Position numbers and translations under genes: made by a program
In this document: one piece after another, positions 37,644-48,529 of the stretch
Layout: the number at the start of each line of letters is the position of its first letter
How positions within the stretch are numbered: position 1 is the first letter of the stretch
Assembly: GCA_963667425.1 (NCBI GenBank)
Contig: OY763407.1
Span: forward strand, 1,281,960-1,345,959
Direction: 5' to 3'
Source of the DNA: a bacterium
GTDB lineage: Bacteria > UBP6 > UBA1177 > G963667425
Length of the DNA stretch: 64,000 nucleotides
The notes under the pieces: generated by a model
The model's database searches: none
Seen by the model: only the letters and a program-made list of their open reading frames with translations
Told to the model about the DNA's origin: nothing

Positions 37644-40106
37644 TCAGTCGATATTGTTTCTGATTCTTTTGTAGACAAGCTCTCTCAGTTCATCGGCTGA
37701 CCTCTCTTCCGGCTTTATAAGCGGCAGAAATCTGATTCTTATTTTTGTGAAGTATCTTGGGAATCTGCTGCTTTTAGGGAGTGCTCTATCCGCACCTTTG
37801 ATTGCAACCGGCAGAATTGGAATTCCAAGGTTTACAGATAAAAGTGAAAATGAATTTTTAAATGCGCCAAGTTTTCCATCTTTCGTTCTTGTTCCTTCAG
37901 GAAAGATTATTATGTTTTTACCTTGAGTAAGAACTGATCCCATTTTCATTAATGAATCATGAAGATCTCTCTGAATGTCCATAACTATTATATTGTGTCT
38001 TTCTGCCATGAATTGACGCCACTTTTGGGTAAAGTGTTTCTTTTTTGCAAAGAAGTATGTGTTATCAAGGGTTTTTCTGTCAAAAGCTGATATCACAAGA
38101 AGTGGATCCATTGCGCTTTGATGGTTTGGTGCAATTATAAATGGTCCTTCAGTTATATTTTCAGTCCCTTCAACTCTTATTCTGAACGCAAGTTTTAAAA
38201 AGAATTTTGAAATTTGTTTAAGGATAATATGTGTTGTTCCGCATCTTGGAAGAGCAAGTTTTTGCCCTGAGTTTAATATGGCTTTCCAGTCTATTTTCTT
38301 TTTTTCAATCTTCTTTTTCTCTTTTTCGATGTAATCTACAACATCAAGCACTGTTGACTTTGATGCAAGATCATTTTCACTCATGTTTATGCCAAAAGTA
38401 TCTCTGATAAAAACAAGAAAACCTATCCTGTCAAGTGAATCAAGTCCTAAATCAAGCTCTATATGACTTGTAGGATAGACATTTTTAGGGGTAACTGATG
38501 TTAGGAATTCCTTAACAAGAGTGTATTCTTCTGTTGTCGGCTCTGGAATTTCACTGACTTTTGAAATTGTTTCTTCAATAAAACTTTCAAGCAGAAATCT
38601 TTTTATCTTTCCAATTCTCGTTCTTGGCAGCGGCTCGTTTATAAGGGTAAAGTCTAGTACTTTCATGTAGTGTTTTGCCGTTTTGTTATACTTATCGACA
38701 ATTTCCCATTTAAAGAACTCTTCAATATTTGCAATTTCCAGATCAAGAATCTCTTTCATTTCAGGAACAATAATAGTATGCAACGCTGTTCCTTTCATAA
38801 AAACTGCACATTCTGAAATTGCAGGGGACATTTGCGAAAGTTTTTCTTCAATTTCCTGAGGATTAATATTCTTTCCATTTGGAAGAACTATCATTTCCTT
38901 TTTTCTGCCTGTTATAAAAAGCCTTCCTTTTTTATCTATATATCCAAGGTCACCTGTATGAAGCCATCCATCTTTTATAACTTCGGCTGTTGCCTCAGGA
39001 TTTTTATAGTAGCCTTTCATGATGTTGCGACCTGTTGCAAGTATTTCACCATCTTCAATTTTCATGGTGTTTTCAAAAATAGCTTCACCAGCAGAACCTA
39101 ATTTAAGCTTTCCAGGTCTTGTAAAAGTTATCATTGGGGCGGCTTCTGTCATTCCATAACCTTCAAGAAGGTCAAAACCAAGCGTTTTATAGACTGATGC
39201 TGTCTCTCTATTTATTGCCGAACCGCCTGAAACCATTGTCTGAATGCGTCCGCCTAATTTGTCATGAACTTTTTTAAAAACTATCTTTGAAAATTTCGGC
39301 GAATTTATCTTTTTTGCAAGTCTGTAAATGGTTTTTGCAACAAAACTGCTGTTTATCTGTTTCATTATACCATTTGCAATGGTTTCCCAGAGTCTTGGAA
39401 CACCTACAAAAATAGTAACTTTGCAATTCTGAAGAGTCTTCATTATTTCCGGCCCTTCCATTGAATTACATACGGCAATAGTTCCACCTGTCTGAAGCGG
39501 AATCACAATTGTTCCCATAAGCGGAAGAACATGGTGAACCGGCAGAAGCATAAGTGTGGTGTCGCTCTCTTTAAATATCGGCACTAATACACTTACTCCT
39601 TCAATATTTGCAAGAAGATTTTCAAATGTAAGCATTACACCTTTAGGTTTACCTGTTGTTCCTGATGTATAGATAATTAATGCAAGCTCTTCATTATTTC
39701 TTTCAAATACTTCATTTTTTTCATAGTAATCCTCAGATTCATATGTGATTTCATCCATATTCACGATGATAATTTCATTGGAAAGTTCTTTAACAGCCTC
39801 TTTTGCAGCCTTTAAAGTTTTATTTGAGACAAAAATATGTGTCGATTCCGAATCACTGACAATATGGCTGAGTTCGGGTGTAGATGAAAGATGATCGACA
39901 GGAACGGCGCAACCGCCTGAAATCCATACAGAATAAAGAGAATAAAGCCATTCGACTCTGTTTTCCATAAATATTACAGCTTTTTTATCTTTAAATTCAC
40001 CAACTTTAAAGCTGAGTTTTCTTATGTTTTTTACAAGTTCACTGTAGGATATTGATACATCACCGTTTATAACAGCTTTTTTATTTCTTACTTTTAGAAA
40101 TTTCAA
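37644..40106 (-). CDS. Tri-domain fusion: AMP-dependent acyl-CoA/ACP synthetase, then phosphopantetheine carrier domain, then PlsC-type acyltransferase
   Basis: IYTSGTTGKPKGV (AMP-binding), LGLDSLDRIGFL (carrier-protein Ser motif), and IAPNHQSAMDPLL with a downstream FPEGTR (PlsC H(X)4D and EGTR motifs). Confidence 0.7.
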   Translation of the reverse strand: MKFLKVRNKKAVINGDVSISYSELVKNIRKLSFKVGEFKDKKAVIFMENRVEWLYSLYSVWISGGCAVPVDHLSSTPELSHIVSDSESTHIFVSNKTLKAAKEAVKELSNEIIIVNMDEITYESEDYYEKNEVFERNNEELALIIYTSGTTGKPKGVMLTFENLLANIEGVSVLVPIFKESDTTLMLLPVHHVLPLMGTIVIPLQTGGTIAVCNSMEGPEIMKTLQNCKVTIFVGVPRLWETIANGIMKQINSSFVAKTIYRLAKKINSPKFSKIVFKKVHDKLGGRIQTMVSGGSAINRETASVYKTLGFDLLEGYGMTEAAPMITFTRPGKLKLGSAGEAIFENTMKIEDGEILATGRNIMKGYYKNPEATAEVIKDGWLHTGDLGYIDKKGRLFITGRKKEMIVLPNGKNINPQEIEEKLSQMSPAISECAVFMKGTALHTIIVPEMKEILDLEIANIEEFFKWEIVDKYNKTAKHYMKVLDFTLINEPLPRTRIGKIKRFLLESFIEETISKVSEIPEPTTEEYTLVKEFLTSVTPKNVYPTSHIELDLGLDSLDRIGFLVFIRDTFGINMSENDLASKSTVLDVVDYIEKEKKKIEKKKIDWKAILNSGQKLALPRCGTTHIILKQISKFFLKLAFRIRVEGTENITEGPFIIAPNHQSAMDPLLVISAFDRKTLDNTYFFAKKKHFTQKWRQFMAERHNIIVMDIQRDLHDSLMKMGSVLTQGKNIIIFPEGTRTKDGKLGAFKNSFSLLSVNLGIPILPVAIKGADRALPKSSRFPRYFTKIRIRFLPLIKPEERSADELRELVYKRIRNNID

Positions 40107-40121
40107 TTTAATCTCCAGATT

Positions 40122-40784
40122 TTAGTTTTTACCAGCAGACTCTTCTTTCATTTTCCTGTATTCTTCTTTTGGCACAAGCTTTTCAGAGCTCATTTTATCT
40201 GTAAAAAGAATCCCTTTAAGATGATCCGTCTCATGCTGAAAAATAACGGCAGTAAAACCTTCTATTTTTTCAGTATGTTTTTCACCTTTGCTATCCTGAT
40301 ATGTTATTGTTATCTCTTTTGAACGATTAACTTTTCCAAAACCGCCTTCAATGGAAAGGCATCCTTCCCAGCCTTCCTGAAGTTCCTTGGAATAAAAATC
40401 TATATTTATATTGTAGTATGCTTCAAAAGGCTTTTCTTCTTTATCAAAACGCTGAACAATTATAATATTTCTGTTTATACCTATTTGCGGTGCAGCTAGA
40501 CCTACCCCTTTCTCTTTTTCAAGAGTTTTACGCATTATTTTTTCAAGAACAGCTGAATATGTATCTGCATGATTTATATCGATGCTCTCTTTTCTCAGAA
40601 CAGAGTTTTCTTCAGGTGAAGTTGTCTGCATAACAGGCAGAATTTCATCTTTTGCAGAGTCTATCAAAGCTTTTTCATCTGATGAAAATGATAAAAGAGA
40701 GTTCTTTTCCTCTTTAACTTTAACAGAAGAGCATGAAACAATAAAAAAGAATAAAACAATAGAAATAAAAACACTTTTGTACAT
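40122..40784 (-). CDS. def: Peptide deformylase with an N-terminal lipoprotein-like extension
   Basis: The three PDF motifs are present: GVGLAAPQIG, EGCLSIEG and HETDHLKG. The ~55-aa N-terminal extension starts with a signal/lipobox (FFIVSCSS). Confidence 0.85.
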   Translation of the reverse strand: MYKSVFISIVLFFFIVSCSSVKVKEEKNSLLSFSSDEKALIDSAKDEILPVMQTTSPEENSVLRKESIDINHADTYSAVLEKIMRKTLEKEKGVGLAAPQIGINRNIIIVQRFDKEEKPFEAYYNINIDFYSKELQEGWEGCLSIEGGFGKVNRSKEITITYQDSKGEKHTEKIEGFTAVIFQHETDHLKGILFTDKMSSEKLVPKEEYRKMKEESAGKN

Positions 40785-40841
40785 AATTAAATCCTTGTAA
40801 AACCAATTTCCAAATTTTAAAAGAAAAATTAACGTGAGATA

Positions 40842-41321
40842 CTAGCAGAATTTGTGTATTTTATCAAAAATATCTGTATCTGTACTCCCTTCTACAACAG
40901 AAAGCTCTGAAACCAGTATTTTTTCAGCACCATTTAAAAGCTGTTCTTCACCATAAGAAAGACCTTTGTGATTTTTAAGATAATAAAGATCTGAAATAAC
41001 AGATGCAACATCTCTAATTTCACCAGTCTTCATCTTATCCTGAAGATAACGATATCTTTTGTTCCAGTTCATCTTCAGAAGAACCGGATGACGCTTTTTA
41101 AAACAGTCATATACCTCGTTAATTTCATTTTTAAGAATAAGACCTCGAAGTCCCATATTATCGGCAGAATCTACAGGCACAAATACTTTAGAGCCTGTCG
41201 CTACAATATTCATCACATAACAGTGAACAGTGGATTTTCCCAAAGACTTCGCTTCAACACATTCGATTTTACCAACCCCATGATTTGGGTAAACAGCAAC
41301 ATCTCCCGGTTTAAATTTCAT
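40842..41321 (-). CDS. carD: CarD/CdnL-family RNA-polymerase-binding transcription regulator
   Basis: MKFKPGDVAVYPNHGVGKI...Y (CarD_CdnL_TRCF N-domain) plus a C-terminal helical domain. The ORF-track start at 41387 is probably 22 codons too long. Confidence 0.75.
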   Translation of the reverse strand: MKFKPGDVAVYPNHGVGKIECVEAKSLGKSTVHCYVMNIVATGSKVFVPVDSADNMGLRGLILKNEINEVYDCFKKRHPVLLKMNWNKRYRYLQDKMKTGEIRDVASVISDLYYLKNHKGLSYGEEQLLNGAEKILVSELSVVEGSTDTDIFDKIHKFC

Positions 41322-41489
41322 AAAAACTCCTTTTATAAAACAGCGAAAAAGTACAAGAATTTTATCAGAAGTGCTGTTTAAAGTCAAGCGATTATTAAAA
41401 AAACTTTAAAAAATCGGCAAGTTATAATTAATTTTAAGATAATCTATGGCAATTTGTTTCTTTTAGATATGTTGGTTTATTGTTTAATA

Positions 41490-43850
41490 TTATTGAAAAT
41501 ATCTGAGTCTTGTTATCGAATAATCATCATTGATTTTGGTAAGTCTTTTAAAGATCGAACCGTATTCCGGTTTCATGTTGAGTACTACTGTTTTTTTATC
41601 TATCTTTTCGATTTCAAGCCCGTCAAGAAGTTCAATGTTATTAATATCAGATTCATTCTCAAATTCTACTTTAGTTCTTACAGGCTCATTTCTGACAGCT
41701 TTTTCTATTTTTTTAACTTCCTCTTTTTCAAGAAGTGTTATTTTAAGGAAGTCCATTCCTGAATCCGGTGCAATACTATTTAAAGAGTTTATAAAATCAT
41801 TTTCATTAAACGGCTCAGTAAACCATATCACGGCAAATTCACGTTCACATGTAACACCTACCGGAACAGCATTTGAAATACTTATTCTCGGCATTGGATG
41901 AAATCCGCTTGAAAAAAGAAGTTTTGCTTTTATGCTGAACAATATTTTTGTCAGAAAATTCACTGTATCAAGATGTCCAAGTGTTATTGAATAGCCTGTT
42001 TTTGAAAACTCAAGCAGATACGGATATGCAACACCTTTATCTGATTCATTTTCTTTCTTTCCAGTAGCTGTCTCCGGCTCTTTCTGAGCTGATTTATCAG
42101 CTTTTAGAACAGGTTTTATTTGCTTAAAATCACACGCACCGCAGCCTGTACAGATTCCTGTTATTGCACAATCTTCGGTCATTTCCTGTGTAAAAGCTTT
42201 TTCTCTTTCCTTTAACAGAAAATCACGTTTTATTTTCATATCAACAACTTCATATGGAAGCGATTTTTCCAGATCTCTTGCGCCAAGTTCCTTTTCTATT
42301 TCAACGCCTGTCTCTTTAAAGGAATCAATCCATAACTGATAATCAAAAGTTTCATCCCAGGTTTGAAGCCCTTTCATATTTTCGGCAACATTTACAAGCG
42401 CATCAGCTACGTTATCCCCTGCCCTGCTTAAAATTCCTTCTATAGTAGAAATCTCCCTGTCATGCCAATCAAGTTTTAAGTTGTTGTGCTTACCTTTTAA
42501 AGAGCTTATTATTAACCACTGTTTTTCTTTGATTTCGTCAATTGTTATCATCCTTTCCCACTGAAAAGGAGTAAACGGCTGAGGGACAAATGTTGAAAAG
42601 CTTGCTGTTACTTTATTTTTTCTGTGATAGCCTCTTGCTATTCCGCATATTTTTGAAATAAGTGTGACTGTTTCTTCGAGATCTTCCATTGTTTCTGTCG
42701 GAAGTCCAAGCATAAAATAGAGTTTTATATGCTGCCACTTTTCCTTAAATATTTTATGAACAGAGTTTAAAAGATCTTCTGTTGTATTTCCTTTGTTAAT
42801 AACTTTACGTAGTCTTTCACTTCCCGACTCAGGCGCGAGGGTAAATCCGCTTTGTCTTCCCTGTTTCATAAGGCAGAGCATATTCGGTGTTATTGTTTCA
42901 GTTCTAAGTGATGGCAGTGTCACTGAAAAACCGAAAGGAGTAACTTTAAATGTTCCTGTAAGAAGCTCTTCTATCTGGCTGTGATCTCCTGCTGAAAGAG
43001 AAAGGAAACCTGCCTCAAAAGCACCTGATTTATAGATATTATTTTCAATTGTAGATGTTACATTATCTGCACTTTTTTCTCTATGAGGACGATAAAACAT
43101 TCCTGCCATACAGAATCTACATCCTCTGCTGCATCCACGCTGAATTTCAACTGTAAACTTATCGTGAACTGTTCTTAATCCAAAAAATGGAACATCAACA
43201 GGTGTTATAGTGTCGTTATCCATATCTGGAGCTATTGCTCTTACAGCTTTTCTTGAACTTTCATCAGGATTAAATATCGGAGGAAGCGTTGAAAGCGCTT
43301 TTAAGTTTTCCTCTTTGCTTCCATGTTTAAGTGAAGCTACGACTTCTTCGGCAAACGGTTCAAGCTCACCAATAAATATTGCATCAACTATTTTAGAAAC
43401 AGGCATTGGATTACACATAACTGGTCCGCCAGCCATTATGAGAGGTGCATTTTTATCTCTTTTACTTCTCAGAGGCTCAATTCCGGCAGTTTTAAGCATT
43501 TTGATAAATGCAGGATATGCCAGCTGATACTGAAAACTTACCGCTATCATATCAAAATCTTTCCACTCGATTCCAAGCGTGTGAGATCTTAAAGTTTTTT
43601 CCTTATCAAATATTTCTTCGGCAACATCATTTTTAAATGCAAAAGAAAAATCACATAAAGCGCCATACTTCTGGAAAAGAGAATATAAAATCTTTATACC
43701 GGTATGACTTTGGGCAACTTCAAAAAGATCGGGAAATACTATTAATATTTTCGGACCACTCTTATGTTCACGGTTTAGAGCTGAAAATGGCGAAAAATAG
43801 CGCCCTGGATTTTCTATTCTTCTTAAAAGGGATGTTGAGTATTTTTTCAT
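41490..43850 (-). CDS. B12-binding-domain radical SAM protein fused to a C-terminal DUF2344-like domain
   Basis: N-terminal B12-binding-like region, CSRGCRFCMAG radical-SAM cluster motif, and a long C-terminal extension. Confidence 0.65.
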   Translation of the reverse strand: MKKYSTSLLRRIENPGRYFSPFSALNREHKSGPKILIVFPDLFEVAQSHTGIKILYSLFQKYGALCDFSFAFKNDVAEEIFDKEKTLRSHTLGIEWKDFDMIAVSFQYQLAYPAFIKMLKTAGIEPLRSKRDKNAPLIMAGGPVMCNPMPVSKIVDAIFIGELEPFAEEVVASLKHGSKEENLKALSTLPPIFNPDESSRKAVRAIAPDMDNDTITPVDVPFFGLRTVHDKFTVEIQRGCSRGCRFCMAGMFYRPHREKSADNVTSTIENNIYKSGAFEAGFLSLSAGDHSQIEELLTGTFKVTPFGFSVTLPSLRTETITPNMLCLMKQGRQSGFTLAPESGSERLRKVINKGNTTEDLLNSVHKIFKEKWQHIKLYFMLGLPTETMEDLEETVTLISKICGIARGYHRKNKVTASFSTFVPQPFTPFQWERMITIDEIKEKQWLIISSLKGKHNNLKLDWHDREISTIEGILSRAGDNVADALVNVAENMKGLQTWDETFDYQLWIDSFKETGVEIEKELGARDLEKSLPYEVVDMKIKRDFLLKEREKAFTQEMTEDCAITGICTGCGACDFKQIKPVLKADKSAQKEPETATGKKENESDKGVAYPYLLEFSKTGYSITLGHLDTVNFLTKILFSIKAKLLFSSGFHPMPRISISNAVPVGVTCEREFAVIWFTEPFNENDFINSLNSIAPDSGMDFLKITLLEKEEVKKIEKAVRNEPVRTKVEFENESDINNIELLDGLEIEKIDKKTVVLNMKPEYGSIFKRLTKINDDYSITRLRYFQ

Positions 43851-43880
43851 ATTAGAACCTTATAGTTATAGGAAATATTG

Positions 43881-44102
43881 TTAATTTTTATCATTGTCTT
43901 TTCTGTTGTGCTCACTAAGAACCGCTTCAATAACTTTATCATATTTTGCGGCAAGGGAATTGGTTGTCCAGAAATCGAGAATAAGATAGTCACCCTCTTT
44001 TTTAAGTGTTGAAACAACACCGAGATTATCGTAACCTTCCAAAGTGTAGTGAATAAGAACGTTACGTGATTTATGTATCTTTACAAGTCTGTGCCAGCTC
44101 AA
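43881..44102 (-). CDS. Hypothetical small protein
   Basis: 73-aa ORF with coding-like composition. No motif recognised. Confidence 0.35.
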   Translation of the reverse strand: MSWHRLVKIHKSRNVLIHYTLEGYDNLGVVSTLKKEGDYLILDFWTTNSLAAKYDKVIEAVLSEHNRKDNDKN

Positions 44103-44110
44103 AACGGCTC

Positions 44111-45145
44111 CTATTTAACTTTATAAACAATTCTTGCGGCAGTTCTTACACCTTTTTCAGCATCTTCATCAATGGAAAGAGTGATTTCGGGAGCAGCTGT
44201 AAAATTTTTTAAAAGAGCAGAATAAACAGTATAACCATTACCGTTTTCATCAGGAATCAGGTAAGAAGTTTCTGAATCGGCAAGCTCTTTTTCTTCTGTT
44301 TCAGTTAAAATATTAAGAGGAAACGGAGCTACATATTTTAAGGAAAGCTCATCAATAGTTCTTCCTTCAATAAGATAATAGATAGAATCAAAAGATTCAA
44401 TATCTTCCCTATCTTTAAGTGAAAGAACAATCGGGGAATCAGCTGAAGTTATAGTTCCGAAATAAGAAATATTTCTGCAACCGTTTTCAATAACTGTATC
44501 ATCAATAATTGAAGCAAGTTCAATATTCATGTTCTGAAGTCCTGACGCTGAAAGTGATATTATTCCAAACATATCACTGTACCAGAAAGAAACATCTACA
44601 GAATAGGACATTATCTCAACACTAAGCTTGACCTGCGTAGCATTATAAAATGTTCCTGCTGAAGTATGAATAGTTGCATTTTTACTAAGAACAGTGTAAT
44701 TCACATTGTTGTTTAGAGGAACTGTCTGCTCACCTAAGACAGGAATGTTTACAGTTGCAGTTCCAAGAAGTGATGCAGTCTCCGCTTTACCCGTTTCGGC
44801 ATTTAAATTTATTTCAACAGGAGAGAGAAGCATTGTTGAAAAAGTATCACCGGATGAAATGGAATTTATATATATGACCGAATTTTCAACGGAAACTGAA
44901 ACTGATGCTTCAGTTGAAAAATTTACTGAATAATTATTGTAGGTTCTATTTTCAGATGTAGTTGTTCCTGTTGAGTAGATATCCGCATCGACATTTCCAT
45001 CGGTATCTGAAAAAGTCCACACAGCTCCAGCTGGTGTAAAATTAAGCTCCTTTTTTACTTTTGTCTCCATTGAAACTGTTCGTGAACCATCTTCGGAACA
45101 TGAAAAAAGAAACACCAGAGCAAGAACTGTAAATAGATATCTCAT
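44111..45145 (-). CDS. Hypothetical lipoprotein
   Basis: Lipobox signal LVFLFSCSEDG. Beta-rich Ser/Thr-rich body. Confidence 0.5.
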   Translation of the reverse strand: MRYLFTVLALVFLFSCSEDGSRTVSMETKVKKELNFTPAGAVWTFSDTDGNVDADIYSTGTTTSENRTYNNYSVNFSTEASVSVSVENSVIYINSISSGDTFSTMLLSPVEINLNAETGKAETASLLGTATVNIPVLGEQTVPLNNNVNYTVLSKNATIHTSAGTFYNATQVKLSVEIMSYSVDVSFWYSDMFGIISLSASGLQNMNIELASIIDDTVIENGCRNISYFGTITSADSPIVLSLKDREDIESFDSIYYLIEGRTIDELSLKYVAPFPLNILTETEEKELADSETSYLIPDENGNGYTVYSALLKNFTAAPEITLSIDEDAEKGVRTAARIVYKVK

Positions 45146-46342
45146 CTATTCCTCCACTTTTCTTATTATTGTAAAAGGTTTGTACTCCTTAGGCATAAGA
45201 ATAAACTGCTGATGATGCGCAGTTTCGACCTGTTCACCTTTAGTTGTGACAAGAGGAGAAGGAAGCGTTATATTTGCGACTATTCCTGAAGGTGTAAGCA
45301 TTTCAACAGTATCGCCAGCCGTTATTTTATTTCTGACTTCGAGAACTGAAAAACCGTCCTTAGTTTCACCTGTAATATTTCCAAGAAAAACCGCATCGGA
45401 AACGGAACCTTCACCATTTATCTGATAATCATCTGGTGTAATTCCCCCTTTCATAAATCCGTAGCTGTAACCTCTGTTCTTTACTCTGTTCAAAAGGTTG
45501 AAAGCCTCTTCTTCACCAGGATTCCAGCCATCAAGAACTCTTTTGTAAAAAGAGACAATGGAAGCAATATAGTGAATGGATTTCATTCTTCCTTCTATTT
45601 TAAAAGATGCGACACCTGCTTCCGAAAGCCTTTTAACAAAAGGAAAAAGAGCAAGTTCCTTTGTATTGAAAAGATAAATGCCTCTCTCATCTTCAAAAAC
45701 AGGATAGTACTCTCCGGGACGTTTTTCCTCAACAACAGAATACTGCCATCTGCATGGATGAGTACACTCACCTCTGTTTGCTCTTCTGCCAGTCATATAA
45801 TCACTTATTGCGCATCTTCCCGAATATGAAAAACAGACTGCACCATGAATAAAAACTTCAGTTTCAATATCTTTACCTTTTAAATTTTTCTCTATATCCA
45901 CGATCCTGTCAGCAGAAAGTTCTCTGGCAAGATTTACTCTTGAAGCACCCATCTCTTTATAAGCCATAATTGTCTGCCAGCTTAAAGTATTTGCCTGTGT
46001 ACTGATATGAAAGGGAATCTTTATACCTGCTTTTTTAAGCATATAAAAAACGCCCATATCGGCAACAATAAGTGCATCTGCACCTATCTCTTCAGCCTTA
46101 TGAGCAGCCTCTATCAAAGCATCATACTCTTCGGAAAAAGGATAAATATTCATTGTTACATACCCTTTCTTACCTTGCGCATGAAGCTCCTTTAAACCGA
46201 TTTCAGCCTCTTCATAAGAAAAATTACCGGCAAAACTTCTCAAAGAAAAATCTTTAAGCCCAAAATATATTTCATCTGCACCATATGCGGCCGACCATCT
46301 CATCTTTTCAAGATTTCCGGCAGGTGCAAGCAATTTAGCCAT
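45146..46342 (-). CDS. Peptidase U32 family protein (collagenase-like / RlhA-like)
   Basis: LLAPAGNLEKM...GADEIYFG, HISTQ, E.F.HGA.C and C.NRG.C motifs of the U32 family. Probable start at MAKLLAPAG. Confidence 0.8.
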   Translation of the reverse strand: MAKLLAPAGNLEKMRWSAAYGADEIYFGLKDFSLRSFAGNFSYEEAEIGLKELHAQGKKGYVTMNIYPFSEEYDALIEAAHKAEEIGADALIVADMGVFYMLKKAGIKIPFHISTQANTLSWQTIMAYKEMGASRVNLARELSADRIVDIEKNLKGKDIETEVFIHGAVCFSYSGRCAISDYMTGRRANRGECTHPCRWQYSVVEEKRPGEYYPVFEDERGIYLFNTKELALFPFVKRLSEAGVASFKIEGRMKSIHYIASIVSFYKRVLDGWNPGEEEAFNLLNRVKNRGYSYGFMKGGITPDDYQINGEGSVSDAVFLGNITGETKDGFSVLEVRNKITAGDTVEMLTPSGIVANITLPSPLVTTKGEQVETAHHQQFILMPKEYKPFTIIRKVEE

Positions 46343-46477
46343 CTGCAAACTCTCCAAAGCAAAAAACATTTCACGTAGCATTTATAAATGATTATTGATA
46401 TTAAGTCTATTTTTTGATTTTAAGCTTAATAGCTTAACTATTAAAAACCATTTCAATCCATTCGAAGTAAGCTGTTT

Positions 46478-47164
46478 TTACTTCTTCTTTCCAAAAGGAG
46501 TTCCATAGGGCGCATCAAAACGTTTGTCAAAAGCATTGTTTTTCATCAATATTGTGTTCCAGTGAGTATCGATAAAACCTGTCCATCTTAAAAGAGTTAT
46601 AAGAATTCTAACCGGCAAATTAAAAACTCTCGGACTGGCAGATTTTCTGATAATTTCCTGAGGAATTTTCCAATCCGATTTAAGATTTCTGCCGACTTCA
46701 CGAAAAAGCTCAGCCACTTTTGCGGTTCTTTCCTCGGGCATATTTAATATTCCTTCTGTTCCACCTTTTATTACCGTTCCGGCATAAACAAAACCGACTC
46801 TTTCTGAAAGTCTTTTAAAATACGCAGCAAGCGTTTCGGAGTGTATTGATTCTGGAAAGCCTGAATGCACTATAAAAGCCAGCTTTTTACCTTTAAGTTT
46901 TTCCAAATCTTCATTTTGCAGGGAATCAATAAAATTTTTCACTATTCCGGGCATTGAATCAGTATACAATGGCATTATCATAACAACTTCTTCAGCATCA
47001 AGAAAAGATTCTTTCTGGGATTGAAGCTCTCTTACTTTTGCAAGGTCTATTATCTGAATATCTTTTTCTTCCGCAAAGCCTTCCTGAATCCATGAAAGAA
47101 TTTTTCTGCTGCCTGAATTTTTTCCTCTTGGCGAACCATTAATAAGCAAGCGCTTCATCTGCAA
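46478..47164 (-). CDS. Flavodoxin-like fold NAD(P)H-dependent oxidoreductase
   Basis: LINGSPRGKNSGS N-terminus is typical of the NADPH-dependent FMN reductase / flavodoxin_2 family. Overlaps the upstream paralogue. Confidence 0.55.
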   Translation of the reverse strand: MQMKRLLINGSPRGKNSGSRKILSWIQEGFAEEKDIQIIDLAKVRELQSQKESFLDAEEVVMIMPLYTDSMPGIVKNFIDSLQNEDLEKLKGKKLAFIVHSGFPESIHSETLAAYFKRLSERVGFVYAGTVIKGGTEGILNMPEERTAKVAELFREVGRNLKSDWKIPQEIIRKSASPRVFNLPVRILITLLRWTGFIDTHWNTILMKNNAFDKRFDAPYGTPFGKKK

Positions 47165-47696
47165 CCTCCTTTACTGATTTATCGGTTTTGGCAGCAAATC
47201 TGAAAACAGTTCTTGTATTTAACGAAAACCTTTCAAAAAAACGGCGGGTAATCTCAAAATCTTCGTCAGTATCATCTTTACCAGGTTCGATATATAATGC
47301 AACATCACTGTTATCCGCATAACGATGAATATGATGACATTCACCTTTATATATTTCAATATAAGGATGAGCAATCGGGATAAACCGATCCTGAGTTTTC
47401 TTTAAAAGAGCACTTATCCCGCCCATAATAAGAGGAGAAGCCCATATAACAAGATTTGATTTTACCATCTGCTTTAAGATATTTTCCATATCATCTTTAT
47501 GGACGCACAATCCGGGCGTTTTAAGCCAGCATCCGAAACAGCCATTGCAGAAATTTATATTTTTATCTCTTAGAGAAATAACCTTAACATTGTGACCACG
47601 ACAGCTAAATTCAGAAGCAAGCGCATCAAGCTTGTCATCAAACCCTGAAGAATCAGGATTTCCATTTAAAATTATTATTTCCATAACAAATCTCAT
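47139..47696 (-). CDS. Flavodoxin-like fold NAD(P)H-dependent oxidoreductase with a CxxCxxC motif (iron-sulfur-flavoprotein-like)
   Basis: IIILNGNPD...CNGCFGCW...C resembles Isf/FMN-reductase family proteins. Confidence 0.55.
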   Translation of the reverse strand: MRFVMEIIILNGNPDSSGFDDKLDALASEFSCRGHNVKVISLRDKNINFCNGCFGCWLKTPGLCVHKDDMENILKQMVKSNLVIWASPLIMGGISALLKKTQDRFIPIAHPYIEIYKGECHHIHRYADNSDVALYIEPGKDDTDEDFEITRRFFERFSLNTRTVFRFAAKTDKSVKEVADEALAY

Positions 47697-47852
47697 AATC
47701 TAATTATAAAAAACAGAAGCGGTTTTATATATCAAAACCAAGCAAGTTTAATTCATGCAAAATTCTTTGCAATTATTTATATTTAAATTGTAACACCTCA
47801 TTGACTAAAGAATCTTTACAATATATTATAAATAAGTATTTCGGGAGAAATT

Positions 47853-48506
47853 ATGAGACTACGCCGTTTTGTTCCAATTATTATTATTGCTGTTGTAGGA
47901 ATTTATCTTTACAACAGATTTATATCCGATAACAATTCAAAATTAAGGATTTCTCTTTCAGGCAGTGCAAAATACCAGGTTTTAGAGCGAGGAGAAATTC
48001 ATTACAGTGACAGTAAAAATGTAAAAATTAAAAATGAATACGAAGTTATTATGAATGTTCATCCGAAAGATGATGTTTTTATCATTTCAGGAGAAATATC
48101 AAATATAAAGGCTCCGGTACTACTTCCGTTTGTAAAATCCAACTCGTTTTATGTAGTAACAGACAACAACTACTGCCCATCCAAAACCAGCTTCATCTAC
48201 CCTTCAGAAATAAGAAAACTCAATTACTATATAACAGATAAAGAGGTTTTTGAAGGTAAGATATGGAAGAATTACTTTTGCAACGGTTCTTTCTCATGTG
48301 AATATGAAATTGAAAAAGTAAACGACAATAATGTTGAAATCTACACCAGATGTGATGGAACTGCATCTGAAAAAGAAATTTCCATGATATCTCATCTTAT
48401 TTTTTCCAGAACAAGAAAGATTTTCACAGCTCTTGATATGGATATATCTGTAAAAACAGGCAACATCAAATCAGACTGGCATTTCTCGGATCGTATAAAA
48501 AAATAG
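47853..48506 (+). CDS. Hypothetical membrane-anchored protein
   Basis: N-terminal TM helix (IIIIAVVGIYLY). No recognisable domain. Confidence 0.45.
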   Translation: MRLRRFVPIIIIAVVGIYLYNRFISDNNSKLRISLSGSAKYQVLERGEIHYSDSKNVKIKNEYEVIMNVHPKDDVFIISGEISNIKAPVLLPFVKSNSFYVVTDNNYCPSKTSFIYPSEIRKLNYYITDKEVFEGKIWKNYFCNGSFSCEYEIEKVNDNNVEIYTRCDGTASEKEISMISHLIFSRTRKIFTALDMDISVKTGNIKSDWHFSDRIKK

Positions 48507-48529
48507 TTTTTAATCAAAATTACATTATG

